Positions 11,120 through 21,563 of a DNA stretch of 64,000 nucleotides are shown here, in pieces. Below the pieces are notes generated by a model that did no database searches, was not told where the DNA came from, and saw only the letters and a program-made list of their open reading frames with translations. Location of the stretch: contig CAVZJV010000014.1 in assembly GCA_963775685.1 (NCBI GenBank), positions 352,001-416,000 on the forward strand, in the 5' to 3' direction. Within the stretch, counting starts at the first letter, position 1. Every line of letters begins with the position of its first letter. The stretch comes from Candidatus Bathyarchaeota archaeon. Lineage in GTDB: Archaea; Thermoproteota; Bathyarchaeia; Bathyarchaeales; Bathycorpusculaceae. Position numbers and translations under genes: made by a program.

Positions 11120-12243
11120 ATGTGGCATACATGCAACAACAACAATCAACCATGCTTAAACGATGACCTCGCTAATCTTATGGACAACATTGATACCGCA
11201 ATAGTCATTGTAGATACCGACCTCAAAATAAAACGATTTACCACTTCAGCTAACCAACTCCTACGCCTTATGCCCTCTGATGCAGAACATCCAATCACTG
11301 AGGACCGCTTGGCAATTCACGTAGAAGACTTGGAAAATCAGCTTCTGATGTCGATTTCCAAGTTAAATATTGTTAGCGCGGAATTTGCGACAGAAACCGT
11401 TGGTACCAAATGCGTATCCGACCCTACATAACTGGAGACAAGAAAATTTGTGGCGCCGTTCTATCCTTTTCAGACATAACTGAACTGAAAAAATGGGAAG
11501 AGGATAAGAGGCTTCATACCGAGGATTTGAAGAAACTTGTGAAAGAGCAAGCGCAAAAGATGGCGCAATCTGAAAGCTTAGTTACAATCGACGAAACTGC
11601 GGGGATGTTTGGTCATGACATTAGAAACCCGCTTCAATCGATCGTCAGCGAGCTTTACTTGGTAAAGGTGGAAGTGGCGCAGTTGCCTTACGGTAACGTT
11701 AAAAAAAAATCTGAATGAGAGCATTGCATGCATTGAGGGACAGACATTTTATATAAACAAGATAGTGGCTGAACTTCAAGACATTGCAAGACGACGGCTC
11801 CACAATTAGAAGAAATTGATGTGGAAAAAATTATTAAAGGAGTCCTAAGTTCTATCCCATTAACTCCAGACATTACATTTACCTTTAGTGTCCAGAACGA
11901 TTGCCCTAAACTTGTACTGGACGCATCCTACTTAAAACGAATTCTAACAAACCTAATTTCCAACTCCATGCAAGCTATGCCAAAGGGAGGAAAAATAACC
12001 GTTTTGCCGCATGCCACGTTAGATAAAAGCGTTAATCTGCGTTGCGGATACTGGATTTGGCATATCTGAGGAAGCTAAAGCTAAAATTTTCACGCCCCTG
12101 TTCACTACAAAGGCCAAAGATCAAGGCTTCGGTTTACCTGTAGTCAAAAATTGACTGAAGCGATGGGTGGCACCATAAGTTTTGAAAGCGAGAAAGGTAA
12201 AGGTTTAACGTTCACCTTAACATTTCCCCTTCCCCAGAAATAG
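11120..12243 (+). pseudogene. PAS + histidine kinase remnant
   Basis: Pieces in different frames: PAS (LNDDLANLMDNIDTAIVIVD..LKIKRFT), H-box (GHDIRNPLQSI), N-box (ILTNLISNSMQAM), then FTPLFTTK..GFGL. Confidence 0.8.
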
Positions 12244-12251
12244 CATAAGAG

Positions 12252-12542
12252 CTAAACTGGTTTGTTTTCGTTTTTTGTTTCCTTTTCGTATTCTTTAACC
12301 ATGCGTTTTACTTTCTTTTCAAGCTGCAATTCGTAGGCGTGCTCAGGTACCATCGGTGGCAAATCGTCATTTTTCACTAAATCGTTTGGTTGTACAATGC
12401 GCCTTTCGCCAACCTTAACTGGAATTTTTTCTCCTTCAAGACAATCCTTAAAATCTTCCAGCGCCTCCACGATCCAGTATCCTTCACTTTCCGTTACTAC
12501 TTTGACTTTGTACAACCCCTTGTATAAGAAAAAGTCGCTCAT
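12252..12542 (-). CDS. Hypothetical protein
   Basis: 96 aa ORF, ATG with RBS-like AGGA upstream. Confidence 0.65.
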   Translation of the reverse strand: MSDFFLYKGLYKVKVVTESEGYWIVEALEDFKDCLEGEKIPVKVGERRIVQPNDLVKNDDLPPMVPEHAYELQLEKKVKRMVKEYEKETKNENKPV

Positions 12543-12647
12543 TAAAATCCTTCAATACTATTCTGGTTTTTAACTAAATAACTCTTGCTTTGAAACAGAG
12601 TTGTCTAAAGCTTCTTGCTGTTGGTTCTGCTCTTAAAATTCAATCAA

Positions 12648-13991
12648 TTAAAGTTGGTATTCTTTGTTTTTCTCTACAAGCGTCACTTGATCTCTGGCAT
12701 TTCCCATGAACTTCTTGAATAACTGAGCGTTTTCTGTGTGGACAGGGAAAATTTGTTTGGCATTAATTTTTCTTAGAGCTGATTTAAGTTGTAAAGGCAT
12801 CATGTGACCTGAAACATGAACGTGGTATTGGGGCAAACCGTAGTGGCTTAGCCAATTCACCAAGCGTTCATAGTCAATCTCCATCTCTTCGTTGAAGGGT
12901 TCCGACGCGGACAAAACATAGCAACTTCCCGCTGAAGGCTGAATCGCGTTTAATTCTTCAAAATCATAGAAAGACACCGCTAAAACCATGTTGCACTGTT
13001 GCTTCGAAACTTCGAACACATCGAAAATCTTGCCTTCCCCTTCAAATCGTTCAAGTAACTTGGTTTCCCACTTGTCATACCGCTTCTTCGACCTTCGAAA
13101 AATCAATATACCCTCATCCTCAAGCGAAGGAATCTGTAGATGCTTATCGCAGTGAAGTGCATCCAGCAGATAAGCTTGTTTTAGTGAAACAGCTAAGCGA
13201 CGATTGTTCTTTTTGGCAATTTTATAGACTGTGTTGAAACGATCAATATCTGAATAGCCAAACTCGGCAAGCATTATTCCATCAACTTGTGATGTAATCT
13301 TGTCAAGTTTCGCTTCAACTTCCACTTCGTTGCTAACAGTTGCTCCAGTCATGTTGGTGGCTTCAGTCACAATTGCAACTGGTTCAGTTTCCTTGGCTTT
13401 CTCCACAAATTCGTGTGTCATCTCGGGTTTAGCACCGTGGTCCCGAAAGTCTCCGGTGTATACAATTGCACCGTTGGATGTGTGAATCAAAAACCCGTAC
13501 GCGCCAGGAATGGAATGATCAACATGGATGGGCTCAACCTCTAAACCGTTAACCTTGATTTTTGTGCCTGTGCGAAAAATGTTGAAATTGATGTCTGCGA
13601 CGTTGAACTCCAAGTCTACACGTCGAATTGTGCTTAATGTTTGTAGAATTGTTTGTGTTGTTTCGCCACAGTATACGGGGATTTCGCGTTTAATAAAAGA
13701 CAAATAGGCCGAATGATCCAAGTGGCCATGAGAAAGAAACACAGCATCTATTTCGGCAGTTGTTTGATCAAATTTGTAAACTCCATCAATTTGCGGGAGG
13801 ATGCCGAGTTCTTGTAGGCTTCTTTCATTTTTTGGCGAAAGAAATGGCGGAGAATAGAATTGCTTTTTTGCGGTAAAGGACATGCCGAAGTCAAAGAAAA
13901 CCTTGATGTCGCGGTCTTGTAGCAGGATTTTGTTTCCGCCTATCTCGTTGACTCCACCATAGAACGTTAAAGTTGTCTTATTTTCAACCAA
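12648..13991 (-). CDS. MBL-fold beta-CASP hydrolase, RNase J-like
   Basis: YGGVNEIGGN, SHGHLDH, VDHS, YTGDFR, HVSGH, PVH motifs. Likely TTG start at 13991 overlapping the upstream stop. Confidence 0.88.
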   Translation of the reverse strand: MVENKTTLTFYGGVNEIGGNKILLQDRDIKVFFDFGMSFTAKKQFYSPPFLSPKNERSLQELGILPQIDGVYKFDQTTAEIDAVFLSHGHLDHSAYLSFIKREIPVYCGETTQTILQTLSTIRRVDLEFNVADINFNIFRTGTKIKVNGLEVEPIHVDHSIPGAYGFLIHTSNGAIVYTGDFRDHGAKPEMTHEFVEKAKETEPVAIVTEATNMTGATVSNEVEVEAKLDKITSQVDGIMLAEFGYSDIDRFNTVYKIAKKNNRRLAVSLKQAYLLDALHCDKHLQIPSLEDEGILIFRRSKKRYDKWETKLLERFEGEGKIFDVFEVSKQQCNMVLAVSFYDFEELNAIQPSAGSCYVLSASEPFNEEMEIDYERLVNWLSHYGLPQYHVHVSGHMMPLQLKSALRKINAKQIFPVHTENAQLFKKFMGNARDQVTLVEKNKEYQL

Positions 13992-15699
13992 CCGCTCTTC
14001 CCTCAGTGTCTTTGGTTTTTTTGCAAACATCCGAAATAACATGTAATATCGATGGCTGAGTGAAGATGCTGAAAACCCGAGTGTACTTAGACAATGCAGC
14101 TTCTCTTATTTCATGTACGCTTCCGCCGCCTCTTAAGTAGCCATCTATGAAGGCTTTGGTAACTACTTCAGGTTTAACGTTGCTGTAAAATGGTTGAAGA
14201 TAGTGTCCACTGTAATAAAGGAAGACAGATATATCCCAGGCTTTATCGCCGCCTTGCGTAGCCTGTTCAAAATCAATAAGAAAAATGGTGCCGTCCTGCT
14301 TAATTAGTACATTATCGGGTTTAGTATCGCCTAAGCAGATGTTGCTTAAGTGAACTTTTGCAAGTACTTCGCCAACTCTATTTATTGTAGAGACTACCTT
14401 TTTATTAGTAGCTTTGTCTGTTGAGGTTGCAAATGTTTTAATTGCTTCACTAAGATTTTCTCCCTCAATATACTCCATGAACACTATGCGTTCAGCGTTG
14501 CTTACATGCAAAATCTTAGGAACGTTAAACCCTTCGTTGCGCAAAAACTCATTAATCGCCCATTCCTTCGCCAGTCGTGCCTGACCTGAAACCGCAAATG
14601 ACCTCGCTCCAAAAGACCACAAAGTCAAAGGGAACCATTTAAGGCCAGACCAATCCTTAAAACGCTTAGCTAAAACTTTGGCTTCCCCCTCGTTGCCATG
14701 GGCATTGATTAGGTAAACGTCGTTTAGCATGCTACCGAGGTGTTCTACTTCAATGTTGTCATTCTTCCCCTTGGGAAGCATTCTTTTGGCAAACCCTTTG
14801 ATATCAATCTTATCGGCAAGCGAAACCATCCCTTCCGAGGTTGGAAAGAGAATAAATTTCTTAGGATCAACAAAACGGCAGTTAGGGTCAGGCTGCCTTA
14901 TCCAACTGATTTTTTGGCTTTTAAGAATGAGTTCGGTGTTTTGCGAAATTATGTTCATTAGTTGTGGGAAGACACCGAATAGTGATGTGAAAAGTCTTCG
15001 AGGCATATTTTTAGATAAGTTTACTATTTTTATTCGCGGGTCTTGATTTTGAGCTATGAATTTTCTTGTTATGACTATGTAATCTTTTGTTTTGATTATT
15101 TTTTCTTCAGCTTCAAGTTGTTTTAGGGCTTCCAGGTAAACGCTGAGTGCAAGATCTTCATCTTGCTGAAGACAACGGACCAGGTTTGCGATCTCATAGG
15201 CGATTAGAGGAAAAACTCGGATACGGTTAGAAAACACTTCATATAGGAAGTACTCTGGTTTAATTTGTATGCTTTGCGCAAGCTCAGGAAAATTCACTAC
15301 TAAATTCTCAAGCAATTCAAGAATTAGACGTTTCTTTAGGGCAACTTCTTTCTCATGCAAATAATCGTTGCCTTGAAGCGTTAGATAAGGAAAAATAAGC
15401 TTACTTGCAATAGCCTCACCCAGAAATCCCCTATCGATGTCACGCTCAAAAATCCACTGATTAACTGCCGTAACAAAAATAGTCTTGTTCTTGACTGTTT
15501 TTAAGTAACGCATTAGTCGAGGCTGAAAATCATGAACAACCAGCATTACTTCATAGATTGAGCGATCGTTTAGTTTTTTTACCGAATAGTTGTCCACCAA
15601 GGCGATGGCTGTGATTTTGGATGACCCGGCGACGTGTATGCAAAAATCAAGAATTTGGTTGGTTAACCCGAAAGTTTCACTGTTGTTTACCCGCTTCAA
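13984..15699 (-). CDS. Protein kinase-like (Bud32/RIO/Kdo-like) C-terminal domain fused to an uncharacterised N-terminal domain
   Basis: VLAKRF, MEYIEGENL, H...GDTKPDNV, IDFEQ, WDI motifs. Confidence 0.8.
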   Translation of the reverse strand: MKRVNNSETFGLTNQILDFCIHVAGSSKITAIALVDNYSVKKLNDRSIYEVMLVVHDFQPRLMRYLKTVKNKTIFVTAVNQWIFERDIDRGFLGEAIASKLIFPYLTLQGNDYLHEKEVALKKRLILELLENLVVNFPELAQSIQIKPEYFLYEVFSNRIRVFPLIAYEIANLVRCLQQDEDLALSVYLEALKQLEAEEKIIKTKDYIVITRKFIAQNQDPRIKIVNLSKNMPRRLFTSLFGVFPQLMNIISQNTELILKSQKISWIRQPDPNCRFVDPKKFILFPTSEGMVSLADKIDIKGFAKRMLPKGKNDNIEVEHLGSMLNDVYLINAHGNEGEAKVLAKRFKDWSGLKWFPLTLWSFGARSFAVSGQARLAKEWAINEFLRNEGFNVPKILHVSNAERIVFMEYIEGENLSEAIKTFATSTDKATNKKVVSTINRVGEVLAKVHLSNICLGDTKPDNVLIKQDGTIFLIDFEQATQGGDKAWDISVFLYYSGHYLQPFYSNVKPEVVTKAFIDGYLRGGGSVHEIREAALSKYTRVFSIFTQPSILHVISDVCKKTKDTEGRAVG

Positions 15700-15831
15700 T
15701 TAGTCACCCTGAGGATTAACCTACCAATTGCGCGCAGATGTATTTAAAACAGGTTTATGTACTGGCAAAAATGCCTGGGATTTCAAAGTTTCAAGGATAT
15801 GTTTCTAGCAAGCGATAAAAAAGTGCCAATT

Positions 15832-16236
15832 TTATGGGACGTGTATGGTTAAGCTGCCTCTGCTTTTGGAGTTTACCATGGTGACATTTGTTTGTGTTAT
15901 CTCCGGGGTTGTGGTTGCTATTTTCCTGCAGATCAAATTGAGGGAGTCTTCGGTAAAGTTGAGCATGTTTTGTCCGTCGTTTGTTAGGCTGTAGACTTTT
16001 CTTGGGCGTTCAAAATTCATGTTCCAATGACTGTTTACATAGCCTTTCTTTTCTAGGGCGCCTAGTAGTGGGTATATGGTGCTTGGTCCGAAGTATACCC
16101 CGAAGTTTTTGCGAATTTTGGTGATGACTTGGTAACCATGCATGGGCTCTTGCTGCAAAAACTGCAGGATTATCATGTCTAATAATCCTTTCATTAGTTT
16201 TGTTGATACTTCTTTTTGTGAGCTTGGTTTAAACAT
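15832..16236 (-). CDS. PadR family transcriptional regulator
   Basis: MHGYQVI...STIYPLL..LEKKG...RPRKVYSLT. Confidence 0.9.
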   Translation of the reverse strand: MFKPSSQKEVSTKLMKGLLDMIILQFLQQEPMHGYQVITKIRKNFGVYFGPSTIYPLLGALEKKGYVNSHWNMNFERPRKVYSLTNDGQNMLNFTEDSLNLICRKIATTTPEITQTNVTMVNSKSRGSLTIHVP

Positions 16237-16475
16237 TTTTTTCTCCTCGACTTGTATCCTTGTTGAACAGTTTTTCTGTTATACCTGTATACAATATGTC
16301 CATATTCGGACATATCTTGAGTACTTAGTATCCTTAAACCCTGATATAAACCCTCACACATACCCAAAGCATACTAAGACATACTACAGCATACAAACAT
16401 TCAAAAAAATTAACATAAACCTAATTAATCCAAACATCAACCCCATACACAAAACAAGCCCCACAAGGAAGAACC

Positions 16476-16793
16476 ATGTCTGAAACCTACAAAAAACAAA
16501 TTGTACAACACATAATCAGAAACTTACTAGACATCCAACTCCTACGCATCATCCAAGCTCAACCAACATGGGGCTATAAAATAAAAAAACAGGTAGAAGC
16601 AGATTTTAATGTGAAACTAAGACACGGCGCGCTCTACCCAACCCTGAACCGCCTTGAAGAGAACGGCTTTGTAGAAAGCAGCATACAGCAAAAAGATGGT
16701 CGTGCCAGAAAAGTATACACCGTAACTGAAAACGGTAAAATCTACCTGGAAACCTACTACAGCATCTTGAAAGGGCAGCTGGAAAATACATAA
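16476..16793 (+). CDS. PadR family transcriptional regulator
   Basis: WGYKI...GALYPTLNRLEENG...RARKVYTVTENG. Confidence 0.9.
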   Translation: MSETYKKQIVQHIIRNLLDIQLLRIIQAQPTWGYKIKKQVEADFNVKLRHGALYPTLNRLEENGFVESSIQQKDGRARKVYTVTENGKIYLETYYSILKGQLENT

Positions 16794-16934
16794 CAACCAG
16801 ACCAAGCGTTTTTGCATTTTTTTATTTTATGAACACTTTTGATACATACTTTTAATTACTATTTTTCGAAGGCTATGGACCTGTATGAAAAAGTTTTTAT
16901 CCTAATACCCGTGACAGGAACTCGAGGAAAACAC

Positions 16935-17576
16935 ATGATTTTAGAAACGAGCAAAACTTTAGGTGGCATTGGCGCAATATTAATGTTTATCGGCATTTTC
17001 CCATTCATAAGCTACTATGGCATAATAGAAATTGTAGGCGCAATACTTATCCTGTTTTCTCTGCGTGGCTTGGCTAATCACTTTCGACAAAGCGGCATTT
17101 TCACTAACGCCCTCTATGGAATCTTTGCTGGTATAATCGGCGCCGTCATCGCAGCAGTAGCAACCGTTGTAACAATTCTGACGTCACTAACTGATCTAAT
17201 AAAACAGATATATCCTGGTTGGAATGGTGACTGGTCTACAATTCAAGGCATGACTCCAAACACAGGCAACCTCGACTACTCCGCGATATATCCTCTTGTC
17301 GCTGGAATAATTTCAGTTTTGGTTATTGTTTGGATCTTTGCAATAATCGCAGCTTTCTTTGTTTGGCGCTCGCTAAAGCAGGTTTCAAATAAATCAAATA
17401 CTGGCTTGTTCGGAACAGTTGGATTATTGTTACTAGTTGGCGCAATTATCCCCTTAATTGGATTATTACTGATGTGGATAGCTGCCCTGCTCTTGGCAAT
17501 CGCTTTCTTTACTATGAAGACAACAGAACAGCCCATGGTAGGCGCAATGTCTCCTCCACCACCTACAGCAGTCTAA
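16935..17576 (+). CDS. DUF996-like membrane protein
   Basis: KTLGGIGAIL..., 'LFGTVGLLLLVGA', 'ILLAIAFF'-like end, Pro-rich tail. Confidence 0.75.
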   Translation: MILETSKTLGGIGAILMFIGIFPFISYYGIIEIVGAILILFSLRGLANHFRQSGIFTNALYGIFAGIIGAVIAAVATVVTILTSLTDLIKQIYPGWNGDWSTIQGMTPNTGNLDYSAIYPLVAGIISVLVIVWIFAIIAAFFVWRSLKQVSNKSNTGLFGTVGLLLLVGAIIPLIGLLLMWIAALLLAIAFFTMKTTEQPMVGAMSPPPPTAV

Positions 17577-17650
17577 AAATAAATCATCTCCCCACTTTTT
17601 TTCTTTTAATATTTCAAAGCAGACATCATTTTGGCGGACGAATCTCTTTT

Positions 17651-18126
17651 ATGAAATTACCTCAGGACCCTAGCAAATTTAGTTTTGGCGCCACTTCCTC
17701 CACTGTCACTAGTTCGGAATAATTTTTGGACTGTTATCCTCTGGCAACCCTCAAGCCAGCGTAATTGGCTCTTTGCTTGTGATAGCTGTCGCAGACAACA
17801 TCGCAGACTCTCTTGGGATTCATATTTACAGAGAGACAACGTCAACAAAAAAAGAAAACACAAGAATGTTCACCATTAGCAACTTTTTAACCCGGTTCAG
17901 CATCACCCTTACCTTTGTTGGGTTGTTTGCTTTCTTGCCTGTTGATTACGCTGCAACATTTTGTGTAGTAATTGGGTTTGGAATCTTGGTTTTCCTAAGC
18001 TACCTCATCGGTGTTCAACGCAGAACCAGTACGATTAGAGAAATCCTCATCCATCTTGGTATAGCTATTCCTGTAATCGTGATAAGCCACTTTTTGGGCC
18101 AACTAATATTTAGCATATTTGGATAA
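17651..18126 (+). pseudogene. VIT1/CCC1-like membrane protein, interrupted near the N-terminus
   Basis: MKLPQDPSKFSFGATS then stop/shift, continuing IAVADNIADSLGIH. Confidence 0.6.
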
Positions 18127-18224
18127 ACTCGAAAATGCTGAGTAAGTTTTTGTTTGTGGAAAAAAGTTGGTCCTAACAACAATTAATAGTTAGGATCCCA
18201 TTTTAAATTAACAGAGATAAAAGT

Positions 18225-18653
18225 ATGGCACTTGATTTTCAAGGAAATATAGTTTCTATTATTCAAGTCATCGCATTAATCCTACTTATAATAGGAGTTT
18301 ATCCTTATAGAATAAGGACTAAAAACAGAAACCTCATAATGCATGGCTTTTTAAGCATTTTAGCAGTTGGACTTAACCTTGCCACAGTAATTTATGTAAT
18401 GATTCCTGTTTTTAATAAAAACATCACCTTTATCAGTGGATTGTCAATTTTGCAGTCAACGATTGTTTGGCTCCATGTTGCTTCTGGAATAACAGCAATC
18501 GTTTTGGGTTTTGTTATCATTGTTTCATGGATAACTCATCCTTTAGGGGAACTCGGATGCTCCAGAACGTGGAGACTAATGATACCTACATTCTTGATTT
18601 GGACCCTAGCATTGATCTTAGGTTTAATCATACATATTTATACCATAGTTTAA
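18225..18653 (+). CDS. Four-TM membrane protein with His residues (DUF420/cytochrome b-like)
   Basis: 142 aa; HG..., WLH..G motifs. Confidence 0.65.
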   Translation: MALDFQGNIVSIIQVIALILLIIGVYPYRIRTKNRNLIMHGFLSILAVGLNLATVIYVMIPVFNKNITFISGLSILQSTIVWLHVASGITAIVLGFVIIVSWITHPLGELGCSRTWRLMIPTFLIWTLALILGLIIHIYTIV

Positions 18654-18899
18654 TAGACCAAATGTTCAAAAAATAATTTGAACAAGTTGATTTGCTAGTT
18701 TTAAGGCATAACAGAGTTAAAGTAAACTAACTGAAAGATTTTGCAAACTATGGCAAGGTTTTTTCAAAAGAATATGTCAAAGGCTGATACATTTTGGTTT
18801 TTGATGTGTAAAAATTGTAGAAATAAGTCCCTTATATTAGAAATTTGTTTATTAAGAATTAATATAAAATAAAAACTTTGAAAAAAGGTGAATTAAAAG

Positions 18900-19691
18900 A
18901 TGAAAAAAACATTAACAATATTCCCCATCTTATTGCTTGTTCTATCTTCTTCTTTATTTGCAATAGCTACTGCTTCTTGCAATGAATCCCGTGCAGCTAT
19001 AACTTTGTCTCCTCCACAAGGATTTGCAATGACTATGATAACAGGCACAAGATTCGACGAATCTAAAACTATAACAATCGCATATGACGGCGCTGTTCAG
19101 TCAACAATACCTGCTGCGGTCAAAACTGATAATAAAGGTTCTTTCACTGCCATAATTTCGATTCCCGATGAACTTGCAGTCGGCCTTCACAGAATAACCG
19201 CTACCGAATCACATGGAGACTCAGCCTCAACAACCTTCACAGTTGTTGACATGACAGGACCACAAGGAATTCAAGGCGTCACCGGACAGAATGGCAAAGA
19301 TGGCATTAACGGAATTAATGGTTTGGCGGGTCAGGACTTTAATGTGACAGGACACTTGTTTATTTATAATGGCACCGACGGCTTAAATGGTAAAGATGGA
19401 ATCAATGGAACAGATGGAATTGACGGTTACAACGGAATAGATGGAATCAATGGAGCCAATGGAATTAACGGAATCAATGGAAAGAATGGCACTAATGGAG
19501 TAAATGGAGCCGACGGCGCTCAGGGTCCACCAGGCTCTCAAGGTTTGCAAGGCGCAACTGAACAAGTAATCGTCACTAAACCACTCACAACGGGCGGAAT
19601 AGACTTTCAAAGCTTCATAGCTATCATCGTTATTGCACTAATTGCTTTCGCTACCGCAATGATTACCCTTTATCGCAAAAGTAACAGCTAA
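18900..19691 (+). CDS. Secreted/anchored collagen-like protein with Ig-like N-domain
   Basis: Signal peptide, beta-rich domain, Gly-X-Y repeats (GING, GKDG, GPPG), C-terminal TM plus basic tail. Confidence 0.8.
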   Translation: MKKTLTIFPILLLVLSSSLFAIATASCNESRAAITLSPPQGFAMTMITGTRFDESKTITIAYDGAVQSTIPAAVKTDNKGSFTAIISIPDELAVGLHRITATESHGDSASTTFTVVDMTGPQGIQGVTGQNGKDGINGINGLAGQDFNVTGHLFIYNGTDGLNGKDGINGTDGIDGYNGIDGINGANGINGINGKNGTNGVNGADGAQGPPGSQGLQGATEQVIVTKPLTTGGIDFQSFIAIIVIALIAFATAMITLYRKSNS

Positions 19692-19820
19692 GCGCTTCTA
19701 CTGTTTAGAGCGTAAACGCCATTCTTTTCTATTTTTGTTTCCTAATTTTGCAAAGATAGAGGCTGTTCCCATAGCGAGCTATATTCGTCTTTATCAAGCA
19801 AAGGTCATAATATTCGTATT

Positions 19821-19870
19821 AGGTTGGGCAGATGTTCTTTCAGCGAGGATTAACCGTCCCAGCCTTAGGG
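19821..19870 (+). repeat. Degenerate attL-like site
   Basis: Shares TGGG, TCAGCG (19840-19845), CCGTCCCAG (19854-19862) and TAGGG, in order, with 25803-25859; also folds (AGGTTGGG/CCCAGCCT). Confidence 0.6.
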
Positions 19871-20058
19871 CAAAGTAATTTTTTAACGGCTTTAATCCTG
19901 TAGTCTTATTGTAGCTTTCTAGTTATATGCTTTTGGAGTTCTGCTTTCTCGCAACAAGAAAAACTATTAGTATCCGTTCTTGAACTTGTATCCATGTTGA
20001 GAGTTAGGGGTTTTAAATAACTTTTTATATCCTTTTCCCAAGTTAAATTAGAGGATTT

Positions 20059-20562
20059 TTGTTGAATTTCAAAGAATCTGAGTTCTTGTTGGCACTCTTA
20101 ATCGTTGTAGTAGCGGGGTCGCTCATGGTTGCTGCATACCTGCATTTGATAAACGTGAGTTTTTTTGTAGGTCCTCTACGTTTTAGCCATTGGCTTTCGA
20201 TAATTGGCACAAGCTACATTGCAATCGATACTCCTGCATTCGTGGTTTTAAAGCGTTATTATTCTGAAAAGTATACTGGTCTTCTTAAATACCACATTTT
20301 CGGAAACCTTCTATTCTTTTCGTTAATTTCGATTCATTTTGCAGCTCAACTTGGCAGACCAATAGCATTCTACCCAGCGTTGGGAACAGGCTTAATCTTA
20401 TACATTGCATTAACTTTAGAAGTGACAACAGGTTTCGCAGAAAGATTCCCTTTAGTAAAACAAATAGACCATAAAACTAACCAATTTATTCACGCGGCCT
20501 TAGTTATGGTGTTTTTCTTGGTGATAATTTTTCATGTTCTTACAGCTTTAGGTATTCTTTGA
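20059..20562 (+). CDS. Membrane protein with several His residues (cytochrome b-like)
   Basis: 167 aa, about 5 TM, His in SHW, YHI, IHF, IHA, FHV. Confidence 0.65.
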   Translation: MLNFKESEFLLALLIVVVAGSLMVAAYLHLINVSFFVGPLRFSHWLSIIGTSYIAIDTPAFVVLKRYYSEKYTGLLKYHIFGNLLFFSLISIHFAAQLGRPIAFYPALGTGLILYIALTLEVTTGFAERFPLVKQIDHKTNQFIHAALVMVFFLVIIFHVLTALGIL

Positions 20563-20870
20563 AATATGGTCCTTTAAAACTTAGATTTTCCAATGCATGT
20601 AACAACAATTTTTACTTGGTCGTTTGCTTATTTCTATTTTTGAAGGTCTCACGAAATTGTGCAAAAACAGAGTTCTTAGGTTCGAGCGAGGGTGCCCTTT
20701 TGGGAGTGTACTCGCTATCCGAAGAATTTTCACTTAAAGTCCCTTATTTTCCTCAAGTTGGGAAAAGGGGACTTAGGAATTTGGTCGGCGGCAACCCTTG
20801 TGGTTGCTCGCTTCCCACTTTCTCTCTACGCTTCGGAGCTCTGCCAATCTCTAACTGGTTTAGTTTAAAC

Positions 20871-21459
20871 TTATTCATCGAGATTCTTTTTCCATTCTTT
20901 TAACATTGCTTTTGATTCTGGAAATAACTTCAGTGCTTCTTTGACGTTTCTTTTTCTATCCTTGGGGTCTATTTTCTTCATTTCTTCCAAAATTATCATA
21001 AATAGATAGGGCATTGCTACATCAGCGCCGTCTTTTTGAACAACGGGCAAGAATTTGCCAACGTCTTTAAGGTACGTTGCGAAGTGCTCTTTTCCCCAAA
21101 CATCATAGAGTTTTCTAAAGGACTTGCAAAATTCAACTCTCGATTTGTAAGCATCTAAAACTTCAAGGATGTTGTCCGATGAATGTGTCAATGTATAAAA
21201 AACGCCTGATTCAGTACAAGAATAAATTTTTATTTTTACTTTCTTTTGTGAAATTCCTTCTTTGGATTCAACAAAACCTATCTTTTCTAGGCATGTCTAC
21301 GGCTTTAGAGATAGAACCGTATTGGTCGGATGGGTGTTTTATGCCTTGCTGGATTGCTTGTTTATGATTGTCGGGGTTTTGGGCTAAGTGGAATAGGACT
21401 TTTTCTTGTAAGCTTCCAAGTTCTTTGAAGATTATGTCTTATGAATTCTTGTAGGTCAT
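20871..21459 (-). pseudogene. Degraded winged-helix regulator of the element
   Basis: Joining frames upstream of ORF 20871-21191 gives ...QYGSISKAVD.LEKIGFVESKEGISQKKVKIKIYSCTESGVFY (wHTH-like). Has stops and shifts; divergent from rep. Confidence 0.55.
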
Positions 21460-21473
21460 TGCAATTACCATAC

Positions 21474-21515
21474 TGTGTAAGTATAGTGTGTAAGTGACAT
21501 ACTATATTTACTCAC
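21474..21515. promoter_or_regulatory. Candidate operator between the regulator and rep
   Basis: TGTGTAAGT at 21474 and 21487 (13-bp period) plus an imperfect inverted copy ending TTACTCACA. Confidence 0.4.
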
Positions 21516-21563
21516 AATAGAGCATTATTAGTCCTTGCTTATTAGATTTTCAAGTGAATAAGC

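Noticed and set aside
20112-20118. AGCGGGG as the left att overlap
   Set aside because: Inside a coding region with no flanking similarity; 19821-19870 matches far better.
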